In this document: positions 1-13,243 of the stretch, piece after piece | Numbering within the stretch: the stretch's first letter is position 1 | How the letters are laid out: every line of letters starts with the position of its first letter | Source: Sphagnum compactum | Taxonomy: Eukaryota | Assembly (NCBI GenBank): GCA_965153455.1 | Contig: OZ234493.1 | Coordinates: 32,974,213-33,038,212 of the forward strand | DNA length: 64,000 nt | Reading direction: 5' to 3' | Position numbers and translations under genes: made by a program | The notes under the pieces: generated by a model | What the model was told of the DNA's origin: nothing | Database searches by the model: none | The model's input: only the letters and a program-made list of their open reading frames with translations

Positions 1-1732
1 AAGGTGTGGTTTAGGGTGCACGAACGTTTTAAGTGCCTCTACTTCATTAGGTGCGTTAACCTTAAATTACCTTTGGGATTAGCAGGCGACCTCAATGCAG
101 GGATAGGCACTCTCGACAAGGTTTGTGTGAAATGTTTCATATGCATTGGGGTTGGAGGTAGGATCTGATATAAAGAGGAAGAGCTCCATGTATTTGGGCT
201 GTCTTGACTATTGGGGGATTGGCAATTCTAGAGCTCAGGAAAGGATCTATGAATATGTATGAACTTTTGTTTTGATAAATGTGAAGAATTTGTTGCATGG
301 AGGTCCTACATGTAAAATAGACAAAATGTGAGATTTGGCAGCAAATAGTCAATGAATTAATGTGTGCCAAAGGTGCAACGTAACTAGAATTCCAACACCT
401 TAACTAAAATCAACACCTTTCATCAGTGCATTAATCTTAGCTCTTTGTATATGTCCCACAAGAAGCTATTATATTGTATGTTCCAGCCTTGGCCCAATTC
501 TTTTATTATTAACAATTCATTCGATTCAATTCTTGGGATGGATGCATGATTGCTTGTACATTTTTTGCATGCACTTGGTGTCCACAAAGGGGACTAGTAA
601 TAAGAAATGTGTTTTTTGGTTAATGGGTTTATTGATGAATGACTTGGATACCTTCATTTCAAATCGATTGATTTGGCTTTTAAAAGCATGTGGCATGGAC
701 CTACAAGGAAAACTACATTGCTCCTACATGTAGATGCTTGTACTCAAATTGGAGCTTTCAAGCAAGTTCATATTGTATTTTTTGAAGATGTTAAATTGTT
801 CATTGTATATTTTTTTTTTTCAATGAATTCAAGGTTAAATTTTTGCAAAATACTTCTTAAGATCATGATAAATAATGACTATTAACATCTGGGTGAATTT
901 GGTGTGAGTGTCAAAACACACGAAAATTTTGAATAAATTACCCCATTATGCTTATGAATTAACAATATTCACAAACATGTAACGAATTTGAGGTTCACAA
1001 AAATTTAACAACATGATGCCCTCAAGGATAGTTGTGTGAATATCCCATCTCTAATTTACAATGTTAACTATTTATGTACTCATTTCAAAAAACCATTTTT
1101 TAAAGATATTATTTTTGATGAATTGTTTTAAATGAATATAATTCGAGTCTGGACAATTACCAATTATACATGCTTGGATATAGAAGGAAATATAAGGTGA
1201 TGACAATATTTGACAAAACATCAAAGTTTGATAATACTAACATTATGTGATGTGTTAAGGTGTTCCCTATGACATTTGTCGACATAAACACACTACAATC
1301 AAACTACAATATGATCATCAAGGTTTTTTTCAAAATTTTCAAGATATTTATGAATATCCCCGACATTAATTAGGATTGAATGTCAATTGTCATAGGTGGG
1401 TTGTAGCATTTTTACAACAATGCTACTACAAGTGGTGACCTAAGAATTGATTAGGTTTAAATTTGATTATTTTTATTATTTTTATTCCAAATAGTGATAA
1501 AAATCCCTTAAAATCACAATTTTTTTTATTTTTTCCTCATCTTCTAAAAACAAATTCACCAAATTGCAAAAAAATTCCAAAAACAAAAACACTCGTGATT
1601 ATATCCAAATTTAAAACAAAATTAATATTGAAATTTTATTATCATATGGATTGTGATTGTACCATTCAAATTGCATTTGGTTTTTATATCTAGTCATAAA
1701 ATTATGGGTGCAATCACAGTAAAATGAGCCAG

Positions 1733-3445
1733 CATTACACCAAAACTTGACATTTATGACTAGTGACCATTTCTAGTCATACAGTTATATCCACCATGTT
1801 TTTGTGTGTAGTCGTATTCTTGTAACCATGGATATGACTACATGACTAAAAATCTTCTTCATGAACACCATATAATTATTTAATAATATACAATTTGAAA
1901 CGTTAAAAACTTATGAATTAAAAGGGAAAAGAACTAAAAAGTAGACATACATACCTAGTAAGCATATTATAAACTTGTAAATGATCAAACACATAATTAG
2001 TACACAAATAAATAACTAATACCTTATAATTTCTAGAACCTTTGCTTTAGAGTCACTAATAATTTAATATGAATCTCTAAATAGTGGTTAAAACAAATTT
2101 AGGGGAATTTTCTCCTCATTTATGAAAAAATTCCCAAAAAATGGAAAGCAAATTGTCAAAGTTCTTGAAACCATAAAATTAAGTAAAATTTTGATGCCTA
2201 TAATATAATTAAAACATTTAAGTTGAGACTCTTGCTCAAAGGTTTATTTAAATGAATATATATTTTAATTTTTTGACATTAAATAATGAAATATATTCTT
2301 ATTAATGATATCCAATTAATGTCAAAAGAAATCCACATGCCCCAAAATGGCATTTTCATGTTTCCATGTGATGGGTAGCAAAGAATATAAAATTTGATCT
2401 TTAGTAATTTATCAAAATATTTGGTCATGGAACTTGGAATTTTTAATATTATATATATTAAATCACATTCAATGAATTGAAAAAAATTTAAAATAAGATT
2501 AAAATTTCCTACTCACAATAAAATTTGATAAAACAATTATGAAATTAAAAATATATATGTGTATAAATTAATAATTATGGCATTTAAATAATTTTAATAC
2601 TTTGTATAAAGTTTTACAATGTTGAAATAATATTATATGTTTCATAGATAACATATTTTATTTTTAAATATTTGATATAATTACAAATAAATATAACACG
2701 ACATTTATACAATTTTTATTAATTCACTATTTGTTAAAAGGTGGGAAAATTATATATATATACCCAAAAAACCATGTTGATTTAAATATGTTTATTTACA
2801 AATCATTTTATGAAAACAGAAAAAAAGAAAATCTACAAGATATCATTGTTGTTCAAATGTATGAAATAATGAAAATTTAAATGCATTTTCAGACCATTTA
2901 CTTCATATTTTTGTTAACCTTTTTTTATAGATGTGTAGATCTTGGAAAAATCTTTAAGAATGAAATTTATTTATTTTCATTTGGACAAAGTATGGAAAGG
3001 ATAATAATAGTTAAAATAGGTTATTTTTGTATCAACAAAAAATGATGTAAAATAATGTTGTAAATTTATCCCATATCCTTTATCAACAAGTTCAACTTTG
3101 AAAACTATATAAGTAAGTGAAAAAGTATTGGTCTACACACAACATATGCACTAAATATATTAAAAGTGCAAATATTACTTATGATGAGCCAATAAAAAAG
3201 GCTTGTCACCAAAAAATAAATAGGATCCTACTTACCCACCTACTTAGGCCTGCCTGCCTGCCTACCAAATGGCTAGGTGAAATTAAATTAATATATAACA
3301 TATTTGATGGCATTTACAACTAGGACAAAAATACGACTACTAGATAAGCAACATGTCCATATTCATTACATAGTCATGTAATCATGAATGGCAACTACAA
3401 ACCTAGTCATGGGTGTAATCATATTTGCCATGTTTTGCTGTAGTG
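1733..3445. mobile_element. Non-autonomous CACTA (En/Spm)-like DNA transposon remnant
   Basis: The left end CATTACACCAAAACTTGACA (1733) matches the reverse complement of the right end (CACTACAGCAAAACATGGCA, ending TAGTG at 3445) at 16/20. Many ATGACTA/TAGTCAT subterminal repeats lie near both ends. Flanks cag/caa form only an imperfect 3-bp TSD. Another CACTACAA end is present at 1291. Confidence 0.5.
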
Positions 3446-3941
3446 CAAAACAAATGTCAAATAAGCCCTAAAAACAGTCAAGATTGGAGAAATATTTATG
3501 TTTTACCATTTAAAACCATGAGATCATGGCAAGTTGTTCCTTTTTTATTCATATAAATGTCAAGGAATTCAAACTAAAAATCCATTTGATAAAATTTTAA
3601 GTTTAAGTTTCAATTTAAGACCTTTGAAAGTTCACCTATAGCATCTAAAGGAATCAATTTTGCAAAGGACTGTAAAAAAGATTCATATAATTTTTAAAAA
3701 TTGATGCGAAAAAAATTAAGAAGATAAAATCCTAGTAGCCAAATTCAAAAAACATTCATACCTTGAAATATGTGAAATTTTAAGACTTTAAAATTTTTTA
3801 AGAAAATTAAATTGATCCAAAATTTTAGAACTTCAAAAGTCTTTTACCACATATAAATGGGGTATAATGTACATGATGTTTTAAAAATAGTTGCAGTTTA
3901 TTATATAAGAGAAAAAAAAATTAAATCAATTTTTGGTAATA

Positions 3942-4193
3942 ATTTGAAATTGTCATCATTTTTAAAGATGAAACACTAAATTAACAAGGAATCAGCACAT
4001 TTTGAAGTTTTCATATTTATTCAAAAATTTAAACAAAACAACATGTCATTTACTTAAACAATTGTATGCATTTCTATGACAATTTGCAAAAAAGTAATTC
4101 AAAAATTAAATTGTATGAAAAAACATTTATGGGCAAAAAGACATGCAGTCCTTTTTTAAAGTAACGTCGTTGGCAGATTTTATTTCATTTGTG
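3942..4193 (+). repeat. Dispersed repeat, copy 1 (copy 2 at 44851-45098)
   Basis: Collinear shared blocks: ATTTGAAATTGT..CATTTTTAAAGATGAAACA, TTCATATTTATTCAAAAA, GGGCAAAA.GACATG.AGTCCTTTTTTAAAGTAA, TTTTATTTCATTTGTG. Confidence 0.75.
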
Positions 4194-5849
4194 CCCATTT
4201 TGTCAAGGACAATATGAAAAATTTGTGTCATTTGGGATAGTACTTTGGGGCACTAAATTATGCTTTCACCCCTTGATTTGGTTCCAAACAACTTGATGCA
4301 CATGATTCAACTTGTAATAACTTTTTGATTGGAATAATAACAAAAATCCCAAAAGCTTAAGACACACCCATGAACTCCTTGTGATTGAAACATGGATGCA
4401 AAAACTTTGAAATGGCTAAGATGAAATGATACTTCACATGGACCATGTAATCATTTCAAATGCACAAAAATGTTTAATGCAATTTTGAACCAAAATGTCA
4501 CCAATTCACACAAACCTCCCAATGGCTATAACTTTAGAAGAAGTTTTTTTTTTTTTTTTTTTGTCAAGCATGTCTCCATGGGATTAAAATATCCAACTAT
4601 AAATTTTTCAAAATTTCCAAAATCCTTCATTTGAAAATAGGACATTTCAATAATGGTGGTTGGTAATTAGAATTGTAAAACAAGTACAATGAAATGAAAC
4701 ATTTAATAAACCTTATTGCTTTTGTTAGAACAATGAAATGTTGCACGTCAAGATCTTCAATTAAAGGTTATTTGCCCTTCAAAATCAATATGTGAATGAT
4801 TAATATTCTTTTTGACAATTTGTAACTTGATTTTTATTTTGGGAATGTGAGACCAAAATTGCCATGGTCCATTTTAAGAACTTCCCAATTAACCAAAGAT
4901 TATTGCATTTGGACAAGATTTTCATTTTTAACCCTTGGCCTAGAAATTTGAAAATTTTCAAGTTCATTGTCAATTGGATGATTGTGTTAATGAGATGGAA
5001 AAGGTGGTTATGACTAAATAATCCATCGAAAGATCAATGTCTTAAGTTTGTACCAATGTTGTGAAATTATTTGATTCTATAAAAACTATCGATTCTAGGT
5101 TTTTAAAAACTTGGAATTTTAAAGAACTAGCAAGTTCCAGTTATTTAAAATTTTCCATTTCATATACCTAGCCAATTTTGGGTTTTTAATTTTTAATTGT
5201 TTAAAAAAATTGACTAGTTTCAGGGGTCTGGCTATGAAACATCATGTTCTTTGGGGCTAATTTTCAAACAAAAAATTGGCCGGTTTTGAAACAATTTTCA
5301 AGTAATACCCCCACCCGATTATGCTAACCAAATCATCAAAGTGGTTTTTTACTTTTTACCTTAGTTTTTAATCCGGTTTACAACTAGTTTTCTAAGATGA
5401 CAAATTTGTCAAAAAGCTAATGAAAAAAAAACAATTTTTTTGCATGTTTCAAGTTTCTAAAACCAAATTATGTTTCAAGCTTGAAGGTTTGAAATTGGAA
5501 GCTTCAACAACAACACTAAGAAGTAACAAATAGGATTCCAAGACTTTTCCTTTGCCAAGCCTACATACACCTTACAACTATGGCAGTCATAATCCAAGAT
5601 AAGTGATAAAAACACAATATGATAAAACAATCCATGGCTAAAAACAGAAGACAAAAAAATTTCCATGGTATGCAGGTCCAAGGAACAAGGAACACTCAAA
5701 GCAACAAATTGGAAATCAATATGGGAAATCACAAAGATCTGGAAATTCTTCCCACTCGACCTACTCCTCAAACTCTACATCAGGCTCTTCCAACAAATCT
5801 GATTCTGCTTTGCATGCACCTACAAGGTCAGAAGGCTTAGAACACCCAA

Positions 5850-6790
5850 CCCTTGGATCAATAGGCCAATTTTTGTTCACAAAAATGATCTAGTTGAGGT
5901 GGTTAGTTTGCAAACGACACCTCTAGAGTGCAGTGAGGATTTCAGCAATGGAAAAAATTCGTTCCATCTTGATTTGGCTTGCTAGAATCCCAAGGATTTG
6001 TTGAACCAACATTCCCACCACTGGGTACCTATGCTCATGGATGCGCCACCAAATCAATGCGCATTTGCAAGTGTCTGCATCATTAGGGTGGCGACAAAAT
6101 CCATCAAGCTCCCATGCCATTGCCTAAAATATACCTTATGCACTAGTTTCCGAAGTCTAAAATAGATCGTCATTGTCACCTTGATTGTCCTGCACACGAA
6201 CCTCCATTTCCCATGAAAAAGGGATCATCACCTTGTATCACCGTATTAGCAAAGGTAGAAGCAAATGAACATCATACTCTTTTACTAATGCAAATGCGGG
6301 TTCACGACCTAGGTAATTCACCACCAACTGCATATTCTTGAACCCGGGATCAAGCATCAACACCAACATATTGTGCCTTTTTTTTTCAAATGCATGCATA
6401 AAATAGAGGAAAGGTTGAAGAACTTCCAAAAGTTGCCACATTCATGTGAATCACCAACTATGCCAACTTTACATCAAACGCACTTGCCTCTAGATCACCC
6501 ATGCCATTAGGGTTAACCACATGACCAACTTCATCACCAACTTCATGTGTCTTTGTGATGATGAATTGCAACGCGTCCCCAAACAACCAATGTCTGCAAC
6601 TTTGATTCAGGACACAACCAATCATGATCGGTGACAACATTTTCACCACCACATCACATATCGCCCAAGTTCTTGGAGATAGAATACAACTATGTAAAAC
6701 CATCGTTTGTCAACTATGGCGCAACACAATCGCATGCCGATAAATCAATGCATCTTGAAATAATAAAAAATGACTTGCAAACTTGTTTAG
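5850..6790 (-). pseudogene. Decayed hAT-family transposase (C-terminal half including the hAT dimerisation domain)
   Basis: ORF 5923-6120 reads ALIWWRIHEHRYPVVGMLVQQILGILASQIKMERIFSIA, matching the hATC WW..P..LA..IL..S...ER.FS motif. ORF 6238-6441 carries HNMLVLMLDPGFK, matching the hAT LDPRFK motif. Frameshifts and stops separate the pieces. Confidence 0.8.
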
Positions 6791-7479
6791 AAATCCAATC
6801 AAAACCACAAAAGCTCACCTTAATTTAATTGAACCCATTAAGCAACCCCAAATGAATCACGTCAAGCCATTACACATTTGAACTTTGAACCCTAATTTAA
6901 ATGGGGCATAACAAAGCTGAAATCAATGAAAGAAACCCAACAATAACCCAAGAAGCTCACCTCTTAGATCAACCAACTCCATCAAAAGTTTTAAAAATCT
7001 TTCATCAAGGCATTAATGATCTAAACATCTAAACCCTAGGGTAAATGCATACTACAAGGGACCAAAAAATGCACAAAAAAAGTCCATTTCTACGTTTTTT
7101 TGGTGTTGCCATCACCATTAAAATAAGATTTCCAATTACCAATTAAGTTTTTGCAAGAACTGTGTTGTACATTTTTTTAATACATTATAAAACACATTTA
7201 ATGAAAACACTTGAATCAAACTCAAAAAATACATATTGAAAAATACTTGTGAATTTTGACCTTCCAGAAAAGTACTCAATGGCCACTTTCATTAATAATG
7301 ACATCCTTAATAAGAATTTTAGTCTCCATTTTGATCATACAACTTGTGGAAAACATGATTGTTATTTTTAAAAATATTGTTATTATAATCTTTGAATAAT
7401 ACATGTTCAATGACTAACAAACCTTTTCAAATATATGTGAAAACTTGTATTTAATGTAATTGATGTCATTTTAAAATTT

Positions 7480-7995
7480 GGGAATCCTAAAATGAAAACC
7501 CACAAAATTTATATGAATAATAGCCCATGTAAAACTTTTAAAAACATATGCTTTTGGGACAAAAGAATGGAAAAACAAACAAAAATTGTAATTCATATGG
7601 ACTTATGAAAATATGGTCAAATTTTAACCATTCAAAAGTCCCTAATCATTAAATAGTAAAGGTTTTCAAAGAAAAGATTCTTCATATGAGTTTATCATCT
7701 TATATTTCATCATATATTGAGTCTGAACAATAAATTTGGAATGTGAATCAATAAATTTCCATTTTGTGATTTTCTAGTCAGATAACTTGTCCATAATTTT
7801 TGACTTCAAAAGTCCATTATTGCTAACAAATGAGTTTTTTATCAAAAAATAACCACATAATTCTCTTCATAATAAAATTGTTAGTTTAGATCCCAATCCC
7901 AATTAGTAGATTTAAAAATGTATTAATCACCATATGCATTTGAAGAAGGGTACCCAAGGAAAAAACAAAATTTCGTCACAAAAGTGAACCATTTG
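7480..7995 (+). repeat. Partial copy of the TIR element family seen at 42706-43329
   Basis: Shares ATATGGACTTATGAAAATATG, CCATTCAAAA and GTCCATAATTTT..ACTTCAAAAGTCCATTA with 42706-43329; the GTCCATAATTTT..TTCAAAAGTCCAT block recurs at ~47460. Confidence 0.6.
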
Positions 7996-8039
7996 ATTGT
8001 GCATCTACCTTTAATCTTTATTAGTGTTCCAAAATTGCT

Positions 8040-8600
8040 CTAGTATAAAGGAGTCTTGAATTCGAAACTTTCACACTAGTTATTCCTATGTGCTCTTTGT
8101 AATGGGTGCCTACCCTTGTTTGTCTTTAAAGATTTGACAAAATTGAAGTCTCAGAAAATGATCCAATCCACTTTTGGTAGGGGGTAATTACTTAAATTTG
8201 CATTCACAACTTTGCTCTTATTGTTGTGGCATTTTGACCATAGATGTTGATCACCCATATTTTGCCTTATTGAATTGTATGGTGTTGAATTGTGTTCTTC
8301 CTATCACTATGACTCCATGTTTCTTGATTAATGGTGCTAACCATGAAAAGGTGAGGATTCCAATAGCTCCTTTGAATTTGTCTATAATAATGGGATATGT
8401 AACTTCGTTCCAAAATGCTTCCCTTTTTTGAAATTGCAAGCTAGTTAATTTTTTGTAATCCTAGGCTAAGAATTTGTATTCGTACAACAAACCTATGTCA
8501 ACTTTGGAGAGACCTTTATAAAAAAATCTTTGATGCATTTCCTTTTTCTAGCACTTGCCACTTTTGTCACTAAACTCTACACATTTAGTGATGCCAAACA
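8040..8600 (-). pseudogene. Highly decayed LINE (L1-type) ORF2 APE-endonuclease remnant
   Basis: Manual minus-strand translation gives KGAIGIL (GVAIL-like, ORF 8251-8439), VINIYG (~8254-8237) and WIIF*DFNF (~8165-8139; the W-x-x-x-GDFN motif) in the expected order for an L1 endonuclease, with stops and frameshifts. Confidence 0.6.
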
Positions 8601-11600
8601 TATGTTGTCATGTTGTATTACTTTTGGTTTGGGAGGTTGAGTGACTTTTATCTCTTTGTGGGTTGTGATTTCTTAATTAATTATCAAGTTGTTGTGCGAC
8701 ATCCCTTGTTGTGGAGTTGGACAAGGTTGAAAAATCTTATCCTTTAAAGCCAAAGTTTCAATTGATGTTATTTCAATTGATTTGTCTATTGAGTTTTATA
8801 AGAATTATTTGATGTTTTCCATATTTTCTTTGAAATGAATATATTTGGTTTTTTATTAAGTCTAGGTTTTCTTCCTTTACCTTGATAATTGAACATTCTA
8901 CAAATGTTTTTGCTGGTTCTTGATGCCTCCCACTTATAGACCCATTGAACATCTTGCCATTGGTTTAGGGGGTAACCTTGTTATTGTCATTGGTGACTAG
9001 TTTTTGAAGGTCCATAGTTGTTTGATTTGTCATGTGAGTGAAGGTTGTGATCTTCCTCCATGCCCTTTCCCTTTTTGGTTCCAAGATTTTGGTAAAGTTT
9101 ATGGGTGTCTATGTTTAATTTTGTTTCTCCACTAAGAGATCCAAGTATCCTTCACCTCCATTCTCCACAATAAAAATTGGTGTGCTACATACTTGGGCAA
9201 ACCTATCTTTGAGTGGCACCATTAAAGACCACCTCACCAAAATTCAAAAAAAAGTGGACTTAGTTTAATTTCATTAACATTTTTCAATCATTTTAAATTG
9301 TAATTTTTATGATTGACTTGCACCACATGAGATTTGTCTTCCCCATTAGTAAATATTAACTTCCAATTATATGCAAAATACCTTCAAAACAAGTGTTAAA
9401 ACTATGTATAAACATGTTGGTTTTCAAATCTAATAACAATACTTTCCTTATGGTCTTTTTGTTGGCTTTCTCCCCCTTACTAACTTTTCCCCTTCTAATG
9501 TGGCTGATTTTGTTTGTGGGTAATCTCACACTTGGTGATTTGTGGCCTTACATTTGGCACATTGATTGGGAAGGCCATTGTGAACTAGCTTCATCTTTAC
9601 TTCCCATTTTTTATCCATTTTAGGAAGAATGACTATGATAGGCAAGTTTTCTAAATCTTCCACCATTGTCTTGATTCGTGAGCTTAACATCTTTGTCTTG
9701 TATTTCTTTATTGTGTCAATGAAAAGGATTGTCCCTATTTGGCTCCCAATTGTTTGAAAAAATGATTATGTTCGAATGAACTAGTTAAGGTCAACAATTT
9801 GAATCAAATTGGGTAATTTGGAATTGTTCCCTTGTATTAGAATTGGGAAAGGCCATGTGTGGTCTCTAGCTTGAAAATGTGATTTGGTTTTCCCTAGAGT
9901 AATGGGCCTAAGAATGGTTGTTCTTTATCAAATTGGATTTCAAAAAACCCCTTTTCCTTCATAGTGAACATTCCAAAATCAATGTGCCTCAAATTAGGAT
10001 TTTCAAGTTAGGGAGACTTTGGAGATTTCCTAACAATGTTGTTTGAGGTCTATCACAACTCAAAACAACATTACTCTAAGTTTCTTTGAAAGCTTTCCTT
10101 TTTGCTTTGCATTTTGTTGGGAGTTGTTGGAGGTAGGTTGACTTTTTTGAGTCACTTGTTCTTGATTTGTTTTTGTGGGCTGTTGGAGTTCCCAATTGTT
10201 TGGAACTTCCTTAAAGGGTTGAAGGAGTTTTGTTGTTGATTTGGGGCCTTGCTCATGTCCTGAAAGAATGTGCTTTAAGAATCAACTGGCATCTCTGGTT
10301 TGGGGTGATGCAAAGTGTAGTGGCTAAGCTATCTCCATAGTGGTTCCAACATGGACTTGAAGCACTTTGGCTTGGTTGCTCAATGCCTCTTTCTCCCATT
10401 TGTTGGGAAATGTTGTTTGGCATTGACCTACAAGCCATGCCATGCATCTCTAAACTTTGACACTGTTGCACATTGAAGTACAATGGCCTCTTTTACCTTA
10501 CTGTCTTGCCATCTTGCATTTTTTTCTTTGAACTATCTTCAAGGCAACATTACCACCTTGATGGGCTTGCCTTCGTTATCATTTGCATTCAATAGTTTGC
10601 AATTGTCCCCATTGAGTCGCCACACTCCCCTCCTCCACTCGCTTGCATGCTCCTTGCTCCTCAGTCCAATTCCCACACTACCACTACACTACGAAGGCAA
10701 ACACAACAACTTGCTAGGAATTAACCACATATGAACATACAAGTACCTCATGGCTGGAAAAAAAGAAAACAGAAATAAAAGCCAACTACATGCTAAGGCA
10801 CTTGTGTCACAATTTCGTGATTTTCCACCCAAAAAAAAGAAGACTATGGCACTTATTCTAGAGAGGCAATGCCTTGAGGAGACATATTTGCAAATCTATC
10901 CCACAGAACATGACACAAAACACAAAATACATAATCCATCAAAACTTCACTACATGTTGGTTGTAGCCCATAATATATCACTACTGTGTGACCTTGCAAA
11001 AATATTTCTCACGTCAAGTTTGGTTATTTACTTTTTTCCAACCTCAGCTATAAAACTAAAACCATGACTGCAACTGGCCAATTAGCCAAACATTACGGTT
11101 GGCTAATTAAAAAAGGGCGAAGCTATCAGATCATATTTATTACACTCGTCACGGGCAGGTGTTAGGCTTTGCTGCGGCCTTCACCAGCCTCAGTATGCAC
11201 AAATGCTAGGCGAAAACCATTTTGCTGAGCCAAATGGCAGGATTTGATGTTTTGTCGTCCAATTTTCTTTTTCTGGTTTACATACTGAGCACCTGTAGAG
11301 TTGTTGTTAGCTAGGATGATCAACTATTAACGGGTTGTCAACCCAAAGAAACGGCCACAGCATCTGGTACGGTAGTACTTGGGCAACTTCTGCATGAATT
11401 AAATTCATTTTAATTTTGCCAAAATTTTGAAAAAATTCAGCACTTTATGCTGAAACTTCCTTTGCACCTGCACTTGTTTTGATGGGTAATTTTAGCAGTT
11501 GTGTCGCCAAATCATGATGTTCATGACTATATATGAAAAAGGCTCCCGTTTGGTTGATTTGATGAGTCATTTGACTGAGCTCATGATATTTTCTAGATGT

Positions 11601-12334
11601 GGAAATCGATGAGTCATGTTTGCCATTGTATGTAATATACAACACCAGCATTGGTCACAACTATGGACTCCCATTATTGGATACGAATTCAAGTTTTTGA
11701 AAGATTTTCGATAGCCAGAATTTGATCAAAATTTAAGAAAAATCGCCAGTTTTTTACACATGGTTCAAATATGTAGCCAAAAACACAACAAGACGTTTAA
11801 ATGTTTTTACCTTCATATATAGCTCATACCCAAATTTGACTAAATCTTCCTATCTTCCTACTTTAGCTACACAAAATTAACCAAACGAACATGGCTGGTA
11901 GTTGTAGTGCCCACTGCCTCGCAAGAAGCTCATGGTGGAGCCCCGTAGCTCATGTACTGAAGTTGTAATTATGAGCATACCTCGTGTCAGCTCCAGTTAT
12001 GATGTGAGGCGATCTGTTATTTTCGTATCAAGTGTTGGGATATGAAAAACGAATATTGGTTGTTGCACAAAAACAAAAGTCTTATACCGATCTGTCAAAC
12101 TCACCTAAATAACCTTGTCAGCTTTCTAGTGGCTCATGACGTACCACGCCACACTCACCTGCCTTGTTTTGATTACCCGTTCCCCCCCCCCATTTACTAT
12201 TGCACTGCATTCTTACAAGAAACGCGATTCCTCATTTATTTCACAAACTTGTACACTCACTCCACCGGCCGCATTATCATGAACCCAATGTATCCTGGCC
12301 CGAGCATTTACGAGACCCAGTTATGAGGCTTCTT

Positions 12335-12930
12335 TCATATGAGTACCAGAACTTTTGTTTTGTAGCCAAAGTGGTGATCATCCATAGGAAATGTAGAAAA
12401 AGTGGCGATCATCGTCAGAAGATTTAGCCACATTTGGCTATAAACGAGATATGAAGTATAAAACTTTAATCATCCGTTATATATCTTTAGCTAAACACTC
12501 AAAACAAAATATACAAATTTGGCGATTTTTATTGTTTTTTCTCTCGCTTTTGGCAATTGAAAACCTCCAAAATCACTTCATTCTCAATCTTTTAATTTAT
12601 AGTTTCGCCAATTAAAAACAAGACTGATGAGTACAATTTTGTTTCTGTAAATCCAACTGAAATTTCAATTGTTTTTTTTTCAATTTTGTCAAGTAGGTGG
12701 ACTCGTGATCATCCAACAGAGGAATGAACCATTTCGCTAGGCGAGACGCCAGACGGTAAAGTAGATATTTTCTGGATATCTGCCTAGTTCTCATGACTAT
12801 TAATAAAACTCATTGTCTATGGCGACATGTCACCTTTTTCCAAAAATAACCTCCTTTAACAATTCTTACTGGTTTTTCTTTGTCACCACAGTGCGAAAAA
12901 TCGCCCCCCAAAAAAAAAAAAAAACACTCA
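12335..12930 (+). mobile_element. MITE-like dispersed repeat (family also at ~11700-11890, 40200-40432, 52440-52680)
   Basis: The motif GATCATCCAT...ATTTAGCC(A)AATTTGGC...ATATGAA recurs at these loci in both orientations. No coding capacity. Confidence 0.6.
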
Positions 12931-13243
12931 TTGAGTTCCCTCCCCAGTGCAGAGAACTTTGTGCACACTAGAGTATATTAACAATACCAAGTGTGTGCTG
13001 ATTGATGACACTAGTGAGTAACTAAAACTTGGGTGTGAGAAATATTTTTTCAGGGTCACATACTGAGCACCGCTGGAGATGTTCTAAGAGTCCATAGCAA
13101 AGTGTACCTAGGTTGTATAACTTGTCGATTTTACTAGAGTTTCAAAGCGGTTCGGTTGAGAGCTTGCACTGCGAGTATATAGTATATACATGGGCTTAAA
13201 CTCGTCGAGCATTTGAGGTGGGTAGAGCAGACTGATCTGCGAG

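Noticed and set aside
12000..13243. Auxin-response (TGTCTC) array in the GH3 promoter
   Set aside because: I saw no clear paired canonical AuxREs; the isolated TGTC and TGACGT words are expected by chance and much of the region is MITE.
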